Shown here piece by piece: positions 1 to 10,727 of a stretch of DNA of 64,000 nucleotides (positions within the stretch are counted from its first letter, which is position 1; each line of letters starts with the position of its first letter). The position numbers were made by a program, and so were the translations under genes. The notes beneath the pieces were generated by a model that saw nothing but the letters and a program-made list of their open reading frames with translations, made no database searches and was not told the DNA's origin. Where the stretch lies: positions 96,001 through 160,000 of the forward strand of contig CAWHEU010000002.1 of assembly GCA_963828465.1 (NCBI GenBank), given 5' to 3'. The DNA is from an uncultured Acidobacteriota bacterium (GTDB taxonomy: Bacteria; Actinomycetota; Acidimicrobiia; Spongiisociales; ZC4RG35).

Positions 1-473
1 CCGAACCGCTGCTCGGCGATTGCGGCGAAAGTCTGATACGTCCCCTGGAGGATGCCCTGGGTGCCGATGTAGATCCAGGACCCGGCAGTCATCTGCCCGT
101 ACATGGTCAGCCCTGCCGCCTCCAGCTCCCAGAACTGCTCGAGGGTCGCCCACCTTGGGACGAGGAGGCTGTTGGCGATGAGCACCCGGGGAGCCATCTC
201 GTGGGTATGGAACACCCCGACGGGCTTGCCCGACTGAACCAGGAGCGTCTCCTCGTTCCCCAACCGCTCGAGTGTCCGAACGATGGCGTGCAGCGACGCC
301 AGATCGCGGGCTGCCTTGCCCCGGCCGCCGTAGACGATCAGCTGCTCCGGGTCCTCGGCGACGTCCGGGTCGAGGTTGTTGAGGAGACAGCGCAGGGCTG
401 CCTCCTGGAGCCAGCCGTTGGTGTTGAGCCGGGCCCCTCGGGGAGAATGGAGGGGGAAAGACAGGTCGAGCAT
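1..473 (-). CDS. hutU: Urocanate hydratase, 5' part (runs off window)
   Basis: Manual translation from ATG at 473: [13 protein letters not shown]...[34 protein letters not shown]...QSGKPVGVF...[26 protein letters not shown], typical urocanase N-terminus. Absent from the ORF track. Confidence 0.95.
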   Translation of the reverse strand, partial: MLDLSFPLHSPRGARLNTNGWLQEAALRCLLNNLDPDVAEDPEQLIVYGGRGKAARDLASLHAIVRTLERLGNEETLLVQSGKPVGVFHTHEMAPRVLIANSLLVPRWATLEQFWELEAAGLTMYGQMTAGSWIYIGTQGILQGTYQTFAAIAEQRF

Positions 474-527
474 GAAGGGCCCGAGCCTATCGGCCACCGC
501 CTGCGATCACCCGCCGGCGTGTTACCG

Positions 528-1337
528 CTATTTGCGTAACAACCCGTCGAGACGACGGGAGGCGATACGAGCTCCGATGAGACCCATCACCAGCAGGTAG
601 GCGATGTGGCCGGCCACAGACCAGTCCAAGATGCCCAGCGAGAAGGCACGGAGCAACTCGTTCCCTTGATAGAGCGGTGATAATCGAACGAGCTGCTGCA
701 GGGCTGGGGGATAGGTATCGAGTGGGTAGAAGGTGGCGGAGAACAGGAACAGCGGCATCGTCACCAGGGAGACCAGGTCGAAGTCCTGCCATGAGCGCAT
801 GAACGTTGTGGCGGCGAGACCCACGGACCCGAAGGCGAATCCGATTAGGACCGCACCGGGGATGGTGAGGATCGCCCACCAGCTGGTAGTCAGACCCATG
901 ATCACCATGACGACGAGGAAGGCGACGGCGTACAGGGCGCCGCGGAGGAGCGCCCATCCGATCTCGCCGATGGCGATGTCGCGTGGTCCCATCGGGGTAG
1001 TGAGGATGCCGTCGTAGACCTTGTCGAACTTGAGCCGGAAAAAGATGTTGAACGTGGTCTCGAGCACCGTCCCGTTCATCGCCGAGGCCGCCATCAATGC
1101 CGGAGCGACGAAAGCCGTGTAGTCGACGGTGACGCCACCGGGCATGGTCACCTCCCCGACGAGGGATCCGATGCCGATCCCGATCGAGAAGAGGTAGAAG
1201 ACGGGCTCGAAGAAGCCCGTGATCACGACCTTCCACACCCGTCGGTAGACCAGGTAGTTCCGCTCCCAGATCCGCTGCGCCCGAAATGGCGTCATCCGGC
1301 CCGGCGGAGTCAAACGCGAGGGTGCAGAGACACTCAT
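528..1337 (-). CDS. ABC-2 type exporter permease (NodJ-like)
   Basis: Six hydrophobic segments, EPVFYL, PLFLFSATFYP motifs; overlaps upstream permease by 4 nt. Confidence 0.9.
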   Translation of the reverse strand: MSVSAPSRLTPPGRMTPFRAQRIWERNYLVYRRVWKVVITGFFEPVFYLFSIGIGIGSLVGEVTMPGGVTVDYTAFVAPALMAASAMNGTVLETTFNIFFRLKFDKVYDGILTTPMGPRDIAIGEIGWALLRGALYAVAFLVVMVIMGLTTSWWAILTIPGAVLIGFAFGSVGLAATTFMRSWQDFDLVSLVTMPLFLFSATFYPLDTYPPALQQLVRLSPLYQGNELLRAFSLGILDWSVAGHIAYLLVMGLIGARIASRRLDGLLRK

Positions 1338-2122
1338 GGCTTGAGCCTTCGGTCCAGCCAGCGCGAGCCGAGGACGATGCCGGCGGCAGCCATCGCCACC
1401 AGATAGACGACATTGACCCAGATCGGCAGCGGGGTGACGATCGAGGCATCGGCCCCGGGGAGGGCGATCTTGCGCACCAACTCGACACCATGGAACAGGG
1501 GCGTGAAATAGGCGGCCACCTGCAGTGGATCGGGCAGTTGGCTGATGGGGAAGAAGGTTCCCGAGAACAAGAACAGCGGGATGATCCCGAACCGGAACAA
1601 GGTGGAGAGGCTCACCTCGTTCTCACGGGTCACCGTGAACGCCGTGACAGTGGCCTGGAATGCCAGCCCGGTCAGTACCGCCGGTGGGACGGCGAGGAGG
1701 GCAGGACCCAGATCGAGGGCTCCGAAGGCCACCGAAATGAGGGCGAACACCGTCAAGACAAAAGTGAGTCGGATGGAGCCCCAGATCATCTTGCCCCTCA
1801 CGATGTCTGTCGGGGAGAGAGGGGTGGTGATTGCGCCGTGGAACTCCTTGCGCCATTTGATCCCCGCCATGACCGGGAAGGCTCCCTCGCCAGCCGAGGT
1901 CTGCATGGCGGTCGCCGCCATCAGGCCGGTGGCGACGAAGGTCAGGTAGGGCACTCCGAGATCATCCGTAGATGAGTCGACCAGAGTTCCCAGTCCCAAT
2001 CCCATCGCCGACAGGAACAGCACGGGGTTCACGAAGCTGGAGATGACCGTGCCACGCCATACGCGTCGGTAGCCGATGGCTTCCGACTCGACCCACCGCC
2101 ATGACCGGGTCAGGCTGGTCAT
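1334..2122 (-). CDS. ABC-2 type exporter permease
   Basis: NPVLFL..MGLGLG, PLFLFSGTFFP, PLFHGVEL motifs; coupled to ATPase. Confidence 0.9.
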   Translation of the reverse strand: MTSLTRSWRWVESEAIGYRRVWRGTVISSFVNPVLFLSAMGLGLGTLVDSSTDDLGVPYLTFVATGLMAATAMQTSAGEGAFPVMAGIKWRKEFHGAITTPLSPTDIVRGKMIWGSIRLTFVLTVFALISVAFGALDLGPALLAVPPAVLTGLAFQATVTAFTVTRENEVSLSTLFRFGIIPLFLFSGTFFPISQLPDPLQVAAYFTPLFHGVELVRKIALPGADASIVTPLPIWVNVVYLVAMAAAGIVLGSRWLDRRLKP

Positions 2123-3048
2123 CAGTCGATGAGCCTTCGGCCGGTGAGCTTGAGGAACACGTCTTCCAGACTCGACCTACGCACGAGCACCTGTTCGGGA
2201 TGGATGTCGCGCTCGGTCAGCTGGTGCTGGGTGTCCTCGGCGTCGTCTGTATAGACGATCACCCGGTCGGCCAGGATCTCGGTGTTGCCTTCCAGCCATT
2301 CGAGCCTGCTCGCCATCGCAACCATCAGCTCTTCGGGGAAGCGAAGCTCTACCACTTCCCGGGGGGCGTACTGGGCGATGAGCTGCCGCGGCGAGCCTTC
2401 GGCGACGATCTTGCCCTTGTCCATGACCACCAAGCGGTCGCAGAGCTGCTCGGCCTCGTCCATGTAGTGGGTGGTGATGATCAGGGTCGCCCCCTCCTTC
2501 TTCAGGCGATAGAGCCTGTCCCAGAGAAGATGACGGGCCTGGGGGTCGAGGCCGGTGGTCGGCTCATCGAGGATGACGAGGTCCGGGTCGTTGATCAGCG
2601 CGCGTGCGATGGTCAGACGCCGCTTCATGCCCCCCGACAGCGGCTCGACCGGCGAGTCTGCTCGATCGGTCAGTTGGGCGAACTCGAGCAGATCGACGAT
2701 TCGCGCCTTGATGTCGGCGCGGTGCATGTCGTGGTATCGCCCGTAGACGTAGAGGTTCTCCGAGACGGTGAGCTCGAGGTCGAGGTTGTCTTCCTGAGGG
2801 ACGACGCCGAGGTGTTGTCGGATCTGCCGGCCCTGGGCGTCGGGATCCAGCCCGAAGACCGTGAGCTTGCCTTCGGTGATCGGGCTCACCGTGGTGATCA
2901 TCTTCATCGTCGAGGTCTTCCCTGCCCCGTTTGGACCGAGGAAGCCGAATGCCTCGCCTTTGGCGATGTCGAAGTCGATGGCGTCGACCGCGACGAAATC
3001 GTCGAATCTCTTGGTGAGCCCGCGGGCCTGGACGAGCGGTTCAGCCAT
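2122..3048 (-). CDS. ABC exporter ATP-binding protein (NodI/DrrA-like)
   Basis: Walker A GPNGAGKT, signature LSGGMKRR, Walker B ILDEPT, H-loop THYM. Confidence 0.95.
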   Translation of the reverse strand: MAEPLVQARGLTKRFDDFVAVDAIDFDIAKGEAFGFLGPNGAGKTSTMKMITTVSPITEGKLTVFGLDPDAQGRQIRQHLGVVPQEDNLDLELTVSENLYVYGRYHDMHRADIKARIVDLLEFAQLTDRADSPVEPLSGGMKRRLTIARALINDPDLVILDEPTTGLDPQARHLLWDRLYRLKKEGATLIITTHYMDEAEQLCDRLVVMDKGKIVAEGSPRQLIAQYAPREVVELRFPEELMVAMASRLEWLEGNTEILADRVIVYTDDAEDTQHQLTERDIHPEQVLVRRSSLEDVFLKLTGRRLID

Positions 3049-3101
3049 GACCACTCGACGCTAGTGCGGGCCCGAGCCTGTCACGTCGGGATAATCGAGG
3101 G

Positions 3102-3593
3102 TCAGTAGTGCTCGTATCTGACCACGGTCTCGGCCGGTTTCCTTCCCCCGAATCGACTCGGCGCCGTTCCGGCCGTCGGGTACCCCAGGGCGACGGCGTA
3201 CCGCGTCTCGACCCCATCGGGAGCACCGAGGAAGCGCCTCGCGTCGGCGGGTCGATGGAGGGTGATAGGACACGAGGCGACACCGACTGTCTTCGCCGCG
3301 AGCATGATGTTCTGGGCTGCGCGCCCGATGTCGAACAGGTTGCCGCCCTCCTCCTTGACCAGGACGATGGTTGCGGCCGAGGCTCGGATTGGATCGGTGT
3401 AGTCGCCGTGCTCGGCGAGACCCTGGAGCCGATCTCCGGTCACGACGATGAACGACCATTCCTGGCTGTTCTTCGAGCTACCGGTCCATCGTGCCGCCTC
3501 GAGGATCGCGCCCAGGTCGTCGTCGCTGAGAGGGTCGGGCTTGAACTCACGGATGGCACGGAGCTTCACGATGAGGTCGTAGGAATCGGTCAT
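3102..3593 (-). CDS. Nitroreductase family protein
   Basis: RAIREF, AARWTGSSKNSQEW, DIGRAAQNIMLAA, LGYP, GRK motifs. Confidence 0.9.
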   Translation of the reverse strand: MTDSYDLIVKLRAIREFKPDPLSDDDLGAILEAARWTGSSKNSQEWSFIVVTGDRLQGLAEHGDYTDPIRASAATIVLVKEEGGNLFDIGRAAQNIMLAAKTVGVASCPITLHRPADARRFLGAPDGVETRYAVALGYPTAGTAPSRFGGRKPAETVVRYEHY

Positions 3594-3609
3594 GGGCGGC
3601 GAGGTTAGG

Positions 3610-4053
3610 TCAGCGGGGATACAGGATCATCTGGGTGCATCGGAACAGAGCGATCTTCTTCGCTGTCTCCTCGGCGGTAACCACGACATCCCAGACCTGG
3701 GTGGTCCGCCCGCCATGGGCCAGGGTGCCCTCGGACAGGAGGGCTCCATCCAATTGGGTGCCCAGGTGATTCGACTTGAGCTCGATCGTGGTGAACCCGA
3801 TGGCGCCGTCCGGGAGGTTGGCGACGCACCCGTATCCGGCGGTGGTGTCGGCTAGCGCCACGACGGTGGCTGCATGGAGGTAGCCGTTGGAGGCGAGATG
3901 CCTTTCTCCGATCTCCATGCGCATGCTCGACGCGCCTTCGGTGATCTCGAGCAGCTCAATCCCCAGAAGCCCGGGGAGCCGGGGAGCGCCGAGTTGCTCC
4001 AGGGCAAGGGAGAGCTCCTGACGGTCCGTGGGAAATGGCGGGATGTCGGGCAT
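3610..4053 (-). CDS. PaaI family hotdog thioesterase
   Basis: NGYLHAATVVALADT, FTTIELKSN, HGGRTTQVWD. Confidence 0.9.
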   Translation of the reverse strand: MPDIPPFPTDRQELSLALEQLGAPRLPGLLGIELLEITEGASSMRMEIGERHLASNGYLHAATVVALADTTAGYGCVANLPDGAIGFTTIELKSNHLGTQLDGALLSEGTLAHGGRTTQVWDVVVTAEETAKKIALFRCTQMILYPR

Positions 4054-4109
4054 GAGGCGGCGACGTTACCGATGCGGTGTCGGGGGAGATGATCGAATAG
4101 GTTGACGCG

Positions 4110-4826
4110 ATGCCAACGCCACATATCTTCGCAGAGAAGGGTGATTTCGCCCCGTCGATCCTGCTCCCGGGCGACCCGCTGCGGGCTCAGCACATCGCCG
4201 AGAACTTCCTCGAGAACGCGAAGTTGGTGAACGAGGTTCGCAACATGCTGGGATACACCGGCACCTACGAGGGCATCCCGGTATCGGTGATGGGCACGGG
4301 CATGGGGATCCCATCGGCCTCGATTTATGCCACCGAGTTGATCACCGAGTACGGGGTGGAGCGTCTCATCCGGGTCGGGTCATGTGGCGGGATCCTGCCC
4401 TCTGTCGAGCTCCGAGACGTGGTCCTCGCCATCGGGGCCTGCACCGACTCGGGTGTGAACCGGGTTCGTTATGGGGGTTACGACTTCTCGGCGACTGCCG
4501 ATTTCGAGCTGCTTCGGGCGGCGGCGGATGCTGCCGAATCTCGGGGCATCTCGGTCAAGGTGGGCAATGTGCATTCCGCCGACCTCTTCTACAACCCTGA
4601 CCCCGTGGCATTCGACCGGATGGAGGCGATGGGGGTGCTGGCAGTTGAGATGGAGGCGGCCGGTCTCTATGGCGTGGCTGCTGAGAAGGGTGGCCGGGCA
4701 CTCACCATCGCCACCGTTTCCGACCATGTCCGCACCGGCGCATCCACCACATCCGAGGAGCGTCAGCAGACCTTCGTCGAGATGGTCGTCATCGCCCTGG
4801 AGACGGTCAGGGTCGACGTAGGGTGA
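4110..4826 (+). CDS. deoD: Purine nucleoside phosphorylase DeoD-type
   Basis: [52 protein letters not shown]. Confidence 0.95.
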   Translation: MPTPHIFAEKGDFAPSILLPGDPLRAQHIAENFLENAKLVNEVRNMLGYTGTYEGIPVSVMGTGMGIPSASIYATELITEYGVERLIRVGSCGGILPSVELRDVVLAIGACTDSGVNRVRYGGYDFSATADFELLRAAADAAESRGISVKVGNVHSADLFYNPDPVAFDRMEAMGVLAVEMEAAGLYGVAAEKGGRALTIATVSDHVRTGASTTSEERQQTFVEMVVIALETVRVDVG

Positions 4827-4844
4827 ATCCCGCCCTGGACTGAT

Positions 4845-5531
4845 ATGTCTGTAGATCCGGCGGCGGCCCGCCAGGGGGCCATCGACGCCTTGCCTTTGTT
4901 CGTACCGGCCATCCCGTTCGGGCTGGTCATCGGTCTCGCCATCACCGAGTCCGGAATGAATCCCTTCGTCGGGTGGTCCGGCTCATGGCTCATCTTTGGT
5001 GGAGCCGCCCAGCTCACACTGGTCACATTGCTGGGCACGGGTGTGGCCGTTGCGGCTGCGGTGGGCACCGCCCTCGTGGTCAATGCCCGTCATCTGATGT
5101 ACTCGGCTGCCCTCGCCCCCACCTTCCAGCGCCAGCCGCGTTGGTTCCGATGGCTCGGTCCCTATCTCCTCATAGATCAGCTCTTTGCGCTGACCACGGT
5201 GCGAGCCCCAGATGAGGACCCGGACAGCTTCCGCAGCTACTACCTCACTGCGGGCGCCACTTTCTGGGCGCTGTGGCTGACCGTCGTCGCCTTCGGGCTC
5301 CTGCTGGGGCCGGTGGTTCCCGAAGAGTGGAACCTCGAGTTCGCCATACCGATCCTCTTCATCGGTCTGCTCGTGCTGGGGATCGAACACTGGCCCGAGA
5401 TGGTGGCGGCCCTGGCAGGCGCCGGTGTCACCTATCTGGCCGCCGGTCTGCCCAACCGGACCGGGCTGCTGGTGGGCGCCTTCGTCGGGATGGTCGCCGG
5501 TTTCGCCGCCGAGAGGCTTCGCCGTGAGTGA
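4845..5531 (+). CDS. azlC: AzlC family exporter, large subunit
   Basis: FGGAAQL, VNARHLMYSA, IDQLFA motifs; multi-TM. Confidence 0.9.
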   Translation: MSVDPAAARQGAIDALPLFVPAIPFGLVIGLAITESGMNPFVGWSGSWLIFGGAAQLTLVTLLGTGVAVAAAVGTALVVNARHLMYSAALAPTFQRQPRWFRWLGPYLLIDQLFALTTVRAPDEDPDSFRSYYLTAGATFWALWLTVVAFGLLLGPVVPEEWNLEFAIPILFIGLLVLGIEHWPEMVAALAGAGVTYLAAGLPNRTGLLVGAFVGMVAGFAAERLRRE

Positions 5532-5832
5532 TTTCCTGGCGACCGTGGTGGTCGGTTTCGGGACTTATGTCTTCCGCGCCGTGTTCATCGTGGTGCTGGC
5601 CAAGCGGCGGATCCCGGAGGTCGTGCTCGTTGCCCTCAAATATGTGGGGCCGGCGGTCCTGGGGGCCTTGATCGTCGCCCTCCTCACCGACCCCGAGGGC
5701 AATGTCCAGATCGGGGTTCCCGAGGTCTCAGCGTTCGTCGTCGGGGGTTTCGTCGCTCACCGCACCCGAAGCCACATCTGGACCCTCTTCGCCGGGATGG
5801 CGGTGTACTGGGTGGTGCGAGCTCTCGTCTAG
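5524..5832 (+). CDS. azlD: AzlD family exporter, small subunit
   Basis: GTG start overlapping azlC end; GTYVFRA, LKYVGPAVLGAL. Confidence 0.85.
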   Translation: MSDFLATVVVGFGTYVFRAVFIVVLAKRRIPEVVLVALKYVGPAVLGALIVALLTDPEGNVQIGVPEVSAFVVGGFVAHRTRSHIWTLFAGMAVYWVVRALV

Positions 5833-5940
5833 AGGGCGCGAAGAAGATTCTCCCTACGGCAGGCGACGCGTAACCCCTCCTCACTACTTTGGGTCTGAGA
5901 AGCGATGCCGACCTCCGGCATCGAGAAATTGGGAGGAGAA

Positions 5941-7320
5941 ATGACCGACACCGTCGATCGGACGGAGTCGACTGGATCGGGGGGGTCCGGTCTCGATTCC
6001 TACTTCAAACTCAGCCAGCGGGGCACTTCCGTCGGCACCGAGATAAGAGCCGGGGTCACGACGTTCCTGGTGATGGCCTACATCATCTTCGTCAACCCCG
6101 CCATTCTCTCGGCGGCGGGCTTCGATGCGCCGGCCGTGGCCGCCGGCACCGCTCTGGTCGCCGGCCTGCTCTGCATCTTGATGGGGGTGGTGGCCAACTA
6201 TCCCATTGCGATGGCAGCCGGGCTCGGCATCAACGGCGCGGTCGCCTTCGGGCTCGTCCTGGGCCAAGGGCTGACCCCGGCCGGGGCAATGGGGGTGATC
6301 GTCCTCGAAGGTCTGATCGTGCTCGCTCTGGTGGTCGTGGGTCTGCGGGAGGCGATCATGAACGCCGTTCCCCTCGCCTTGAAGAGGGCAATCGGGGTGG
6401 GCATCGGGCTCTTCATCATGTTCATCGGGTTCGTTGACGCCGGGTTGATCCGTCAGCCTGCCGGTGACGGCCCGGTTCCCGTCGAGTTCGTGTTCCCCAA
6501 CAGCGCCGGGGCATGGATGGCTCTGATCGGGCTCCTGATCACGGTGATTCTCTATGTGAGGAAGGTTCCTGGGGCGCTGATCATCAGCATCCTGGCGACG
6601 GCTGCCATCGGGCTGATCATCGGCTTCACCCAGTTTCCGGACACATTCACGGCCACTCCGAGCTTCGCCACATTGGGCGATTTCGATCTGGGCAATGTGT
6701 TCTCGACTCTGGGATTCGTCGCCGCGGCGCTGACCATCTTCAGCTTCATGCTCACCGACTTCTTCGACACGATTGGCACTGCCACCGCAGTCGTCGAGCA
6801 GGCCGAGCTGACCGATGAAGAGGGAAACGTCCCCGGTGTCGGCAGGCTGCTCGTCGTGGATTCCATTGGCGCCGCCGCCGGAGGTGCTGCTGGGGTGAGC
6901 TCGAACACCAGCTACATCGAGAGCGCAGCGGGCGTAGCCGAAGGAGGACGGACCGGTCTCACCTCGATCGTGGTCGGTGTGCTGTTCTTGGCGGCGATCT
7001 TCCTCTCGCCCTTGGCCGCGTTGGTCCCGGTGCAGGCGGCCGCGCCTGTGCTGATCCTGATCGGGTTCTTGATGGCCGGCCTGTTGAAGGGGATCGACTT
7101 CGACGACATCGAGGAGGGCTTCCCCGCCTTGTTGACCCTCATCCTCATGCCCCTCACCTTCAGCATCACCGTCGGCATCGGAGCCGGTTTCGTGATGTAC
7201 GTCCTGATCAAGGTGATCAAGGGCAAGTTCAGTGAGATCCACCCGCTGATGTGGGTGGTGGCCATCGCCTTCTTGATCTACTTCGGTCAGGCGGTCCTCG
7301 GGCAGGCGATCGCCGCCTGA
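5941..7320 (+). CDS. NCS2/AzgA-type purine base permease
   Basis: EIRAGVTTFLVMAYIIFVNPAILS, DFFDTIGT, YIESAAGVAEGGRTGL; RBS GGAGG before ATG 5941. Confidence 0.93.
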   Translation: MTDTVDRTESTGSGGSGLDSYFKLSQRGTSVGTEIRAGVTTFLVMAYIIFVNPAILSAAGFDAPAVAAGTALVAGLLCILMGVVANYPIAMAAGLGINGAVAFGLVLGQGLTPAGAMGVIVLEGLIVLALVVVGLREAIMNAVPLALKRAIGVGIGLFIMFIGFVDAGLIRQPAGDGPVPVEFVFPNSAGAWMALIGLLITVILYVRKVPGALIISILATAAIGLIIGFTQFPDTFTATPSFATLGDFDLGNVFSTLGFVAAALTIFSFMLTDFFDTIGTATAVVEQAELTDEEGNVPGVGRLLVVDSIGAAAGGAAGVSSNTSYIESAAGVAEGGRTGLTSIVVGVLFLAAIFLSPLAALVPVQAAAPVLILIGFLMAGLLKGIDFDDIEEGFPALLTLILMPLTFSITVGIGAGFVMYVLIKVIKGKFSEIHPLMWVVAIAFLIYFGQAVLGQAIAA

Positions 7321-7333
7321 CCGTTGGTTGTGC

Positions 7334-7363
7334 GCAGGTACCCACGTGGGGGTGGGTACCTGC
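7334..7363. terminator. 12-bp perfect hairpin between convergent genes (probable terminator)
   Basis: GCAGGTACCCAC-gtgggg-GTGGGTACCTGC; no U-tract. Confidence 0.65.
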
Positions 7364-7366
7364 CAC

Positions 7367-8317
7367 TCAAGAGTCTGCGATGGGACCGGTCGTCAAATCC
7401 CCGGGAGTCGCCCCGGCAGCCTCGTCGCGTTGCCAGATCGTCGCGTTCAAGGAGATAGAGGCGACTAGGGCGCGACAAACGATGTAGAGCCAGGCGAGGA
7501 AGACTCCGGCCATCCCGAGACCGCCATAGAGTTCGCTGGCATTCTCCAACCTCCACGTGAAATAGACAACGGTGGCAATTCGGATGATGAACCAAGCGGC
7601 AGTCATCAGCAACGCACCCGGGATCACCGCCGTCCATGGGGTCCCGTCCGGCCGAGGCAGCGCAGTGAAGAGCACGACATGGATAGCGGCGATTGCGAAG
7701 ATCGCAATCAAGTACACCAGAACGTCCACGATCCAAGGCCCGCCTTGCAGCCGGTCCGTCAGCAGCTGGATCGCAAGCATGGCCAGGACGAACCCGATAA
7801 CCGACAGTGAGGCCACCACCTTACGAACGGGCTTCGAGGCGCCCACCCTCCACGCGAGCCGGCTCGTCAGGAAGAGTGCGCGCACCACGCCCAAACCGGC
7901 CCAGAGAAGCAGGATGATGCCGAGTAAGGCCAGGTAGAGCAACGCTTTGTCTGAGGCGGCTACCGCGGCTTCAACCATCCTGGCAAGGGCGGGGATCAGA
8001 CCCGAGTCCTCTGCCAGCTCGGAAGGCGGACGATCGAGCCAGTCCGCCAGTGTGCCAATGACCACCACAAAGGACAGAGAGAAAGGGAGGAACCAGAGGA
8101 AGACCTTCACCGACAGCCCACCGGCAATCAGGCTGCCGGCAAAGGCCTGGTCCCGCTGATAGAAGTCGTATGCCACCCCGACGCTGGCACGTCGCTCTCG
8201 CTCGGTCTCGAGGCGTTCAAGAGCCCCTGTCTTCAGGGCCGTATAACGCTCCTTGAGCTGCTCGATCCGTCCTTGGTCGACTTCCTCGGCGTCGCTCGAT
8301 GCAGGAGAATCGGCCAC
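7367..8317 (-). CDS. YihY/BrkB family membrane protein
   Basis: Multi-TM; ALP...W..VIPGALL, LYGGLGMAGVFLAWLY. Confidence 0.8.
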   Translation of the reverse strand: MADSPASSDAEEVDQGRIEQLKERYTALKTGALERLETERERRASVGVAYDFYQRDQAFAGSLIAGGLSVKVFLWFLPFSLSFVVVIGTLADWLDRPPSELAEDSGLIPALARMVEAAVAASDKALLYLALLGIILLLWAGLGVVRALFLTSRLAWRVGASKPVRKVVASLSVIGFVLAMLAIQLLTDRLQGGPWIVDVLVYLIAIFAIAAIHVVLFTALPRPDGTPWTAVIPGALLMTAAWFIIRIATVVYFTWRLENASELYGGLGMAGVFLAWLYIVCRALVASISLNATIWQRDEAAGATPGDLTTGPIADS

Positions 8318-8336
8318 ATCGTGAAGTTACCCGGTG

Positions 8337-9687
8337 TCAGCCCGACGGCTGGGCCAGGATGAAGCCCTCTAAGGCCTCCGTGAGTGGCGCCTCCGATATC
8401 ACGACTTCGGGATCGGTGAACCGCCGGCTCGTTCGCCCGTTGAACGAGAGCCGAACATCGGCGGCGACCTCGAACCGTCCTCCGAGGTCGTCGGCGATGA
8501 GCCGGGCGGTCTGACGGATCATCACCGGGTCGGTAGCCATGACCATCAGCTGTCGCTCGGTCAGGTAATCGGGGGGTGGCACCTTCCAGCTCTTCCCCGA
8601 CGCCGCATCGGTGACCACGAAGTCCGCCGACGCCGATTTCTCGCTGAGCATCACCTGCCACGACCCGAGATACCCCTCGCCGGTCCACTTGACATCGCCC
8701 GGGGTGAGATGGTGGCGAAGGGGCAGGGCGATCATCACCGCTATGTACACGGCGCCGACCCCGATCCAGGCTGGGTGGAGCCGCGGCCGGTTGCCCAACG
8801 ACCCCCTCCGGCCCTTCGGGCCACCTCCCCCAACGTCGCTTTGCTCCTGGGGGAGGAAATGCTCGGGCCATGCCGGGTCGAAGAAGACGAGGGCGGACAG
8901 GCTCATCAGGAGCGGGAACAGGCCGATGGAGGGGAACATCAGCCAGGTCAGGGTGTGAAAGACGACCAGCGCCACATAGGCATATGGCCGTGAGGGCCGC
9001 CATGAGAGCCAGCCGACGATGGTGAGATCGAACAGTGCACCCGCCCACGAGAACAGGTAGGCGACCACCGGGAGAGTCAACACCGGGCCGATCAGCCACA
9101 TCTCAGATCGGGCCGGCAGCCAGGTCGACAGCGGCTCTGCGCGCAACAGCCAGTCTCCGTTGAGCTTGGCCAGTCCGGCGAAGACATAGACCATCCCTAC
9201 CTGGAAGCGGAGCATCCAGATCACCCATGCCGGATACCGGCTCGGTGTGCGGACGCGGCCCTGTCGCGGCATCGAGCGAGAGGGTGGCGCTCAACGGGAG
9301 GAAGACCATGACCGCCGCGGTGAGGACCACCCAGTAGTAGTGATTGAGGTAGAGACTCCGGTCGATCAGCTCCACGTAGCCGAGACTCACGGCAAACAGA
9401 CCGGCGGACAGCCGGTAGCGGTATCCGATGGCGATGCCAAGGGCGGACAGGCCGATCACCAGGAAATGGAGGTGCATCCACGGCTCGGGCCATACCCGCA
9501 CCCATTCGAAGCCGGGATAGGAGAAGTGATACGCCGGCTCGATCAGGAGCGTCTCGATCCAGCCCCGGGCGAAGAACCGGACGACGAGAACCACGCCGAC
9601 GATCCCGAAACCGATGCGGAACAAGGCTCCGGAGGCGGCGCTCACCTCCTCGGCCGCCATCGCCCTGATCGAGGAGGTCGAGATCAC
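8337..9687 (-). CDS. HTTM-domain / vitamin K-dependent gamma-carboxylase-like membrane protein (one frameshift, ~9230-9272)
   Basis: ORF 9103..9687 (FRIGFG, YHFSYPGFEWV, YLNHYY) joins ORF 8337..9272 (RFQVGMVYVFAGLAKLNGDWL, FHTLT..MF.SIGLFP, WTGEGY..SWQVML.EK). Confidence 0.88.
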
Positions 9688-10727
9688 CCGGTATCACCGT
9701 CGGTATCGGAGAAGCCGAGCGTGATGTCCAACAGCGAGACCACGTCCGACTCGAAGAGTGTCCTCAGTTCGGCGATGTCCTCGTAGATGGGCTCGAGCTC
9801 TTCCGGGCGGTCCCGAGCGATGTCACGCATTGGGCCCTCGAGGGCGCTCACCTCGGCGATCGCTCGGTCGAGCGTCTCGTCGATGCGATCGGCTACGTCG
9901 GGCGATCTGGCCCGGATCAATTCACCGAGCGAGTCTTCGCCACCGGCATCGAGCGCCACTCGGATGCTCTCCAGTTGGGATCGGTACATGGCGGCCGCCT
10001 CGCCGGCTGCGCCCTCCGGGATGGCTTCGATGTCGGGCTCTGGCGCCGAGATGCCCAGGGCCTGGCCCAGCTCGAACAGGCTCTGACGTTTCAACGTCTC
10101 GACGAAAGAGGCGATGAGATCGCCGAAGGACTGATTGGGCGGGATCACCACCGTGTAGACGTCTACCCAAGGCTCACCACCGTTGAACGATGTGGTCCAG
10201 GAATCCACGAGGGCTGTGGCCGCATTTGCCGCGACGACGGCGGACGAAGCTGCCAGGGCGCAGGGCCGCTCCTCGGCGGCCAACTCGGGAGTACGGAACA
10301 GTGCGTACTCCACGGCCCCGAGACCGCGTTGCGTGGAGGCGGCGCGGTCGTCGATGTATTCGACATCGATGATTGTGTCCGAGGCGAGCAACTCGTCGAT
10401 TCCGAGCTCGGAGATGGGGGCGTAGTCCACTTTCGACACTGTCCGGAGCATTTCGGCAGGGCCGAAGAATGTGGTCAGCTCGGACCGCTCCCAGGCCTCT
10501 TTGGCCGTCCGCCAGGCTTCCGTCGCGGCCTCGTGTGTGTCGCCGTTGGGGGTCGAGCAGAACGACTCGGTCGCCGTGGAGAGGCCTGCGATCTCATCAG
10601 CGGCAGTCTCCATCGCAGGTATGAGCGCCAGATGTGCCGCGTTGGAGACCACGTCCACTTCCGGTGGCCCCGACGAACACGCGGTGATGGCGAGGCAAAG
10701 GATGGCGGCGGGCAGGAACCTTCTCAC
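9684..10727 (-). CDS. Imelysin-family (peptidase M75-like) lipoprotein
   Basis: GTG overlapping stop of upstream gene; lipobox ITAC; AWR.AK.AW, RGLGAVEYALF, C-terminal LGFSDTDGD. Confidence 0.85.
   Translation of the reverse strand: MRRFLPAAILCLAITACSSGPPEVDVVSNAAHLALIPAMETAADEIAGLSTATESFCSTPNGDTHEAATEAWRTAKEAWERSELTTFFGPAEMLRTVSKVDYAPISELGIDELLASDTIIDVEYIDDRAASTQRGLGAVEYALFRTPELAAEERPCALAASSAVVAANAATALVDSWTTSFNGGEPWVDVYTVVIPPNQSFGDLIASFVETLKRQSLFELGQALGISAPEPDIEAIPEGAAGEAAAMYRSQLESIRVALDAGGEDSLGELIRARSPDVADRIDETLDRAIAEVSALEGPMRDIARDRPEELEPIYEDIAELRTLFESDVVSLLDITLGFSDTDGDTG

Noticed and set aside
5833-5940. Possible purine riboswitch before the NCS2 permease
   Set aside because: Only a single 8-bp hairpin (5903-5923) is present. 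The three-way junction and conserved purine-aptamer core are not visible.
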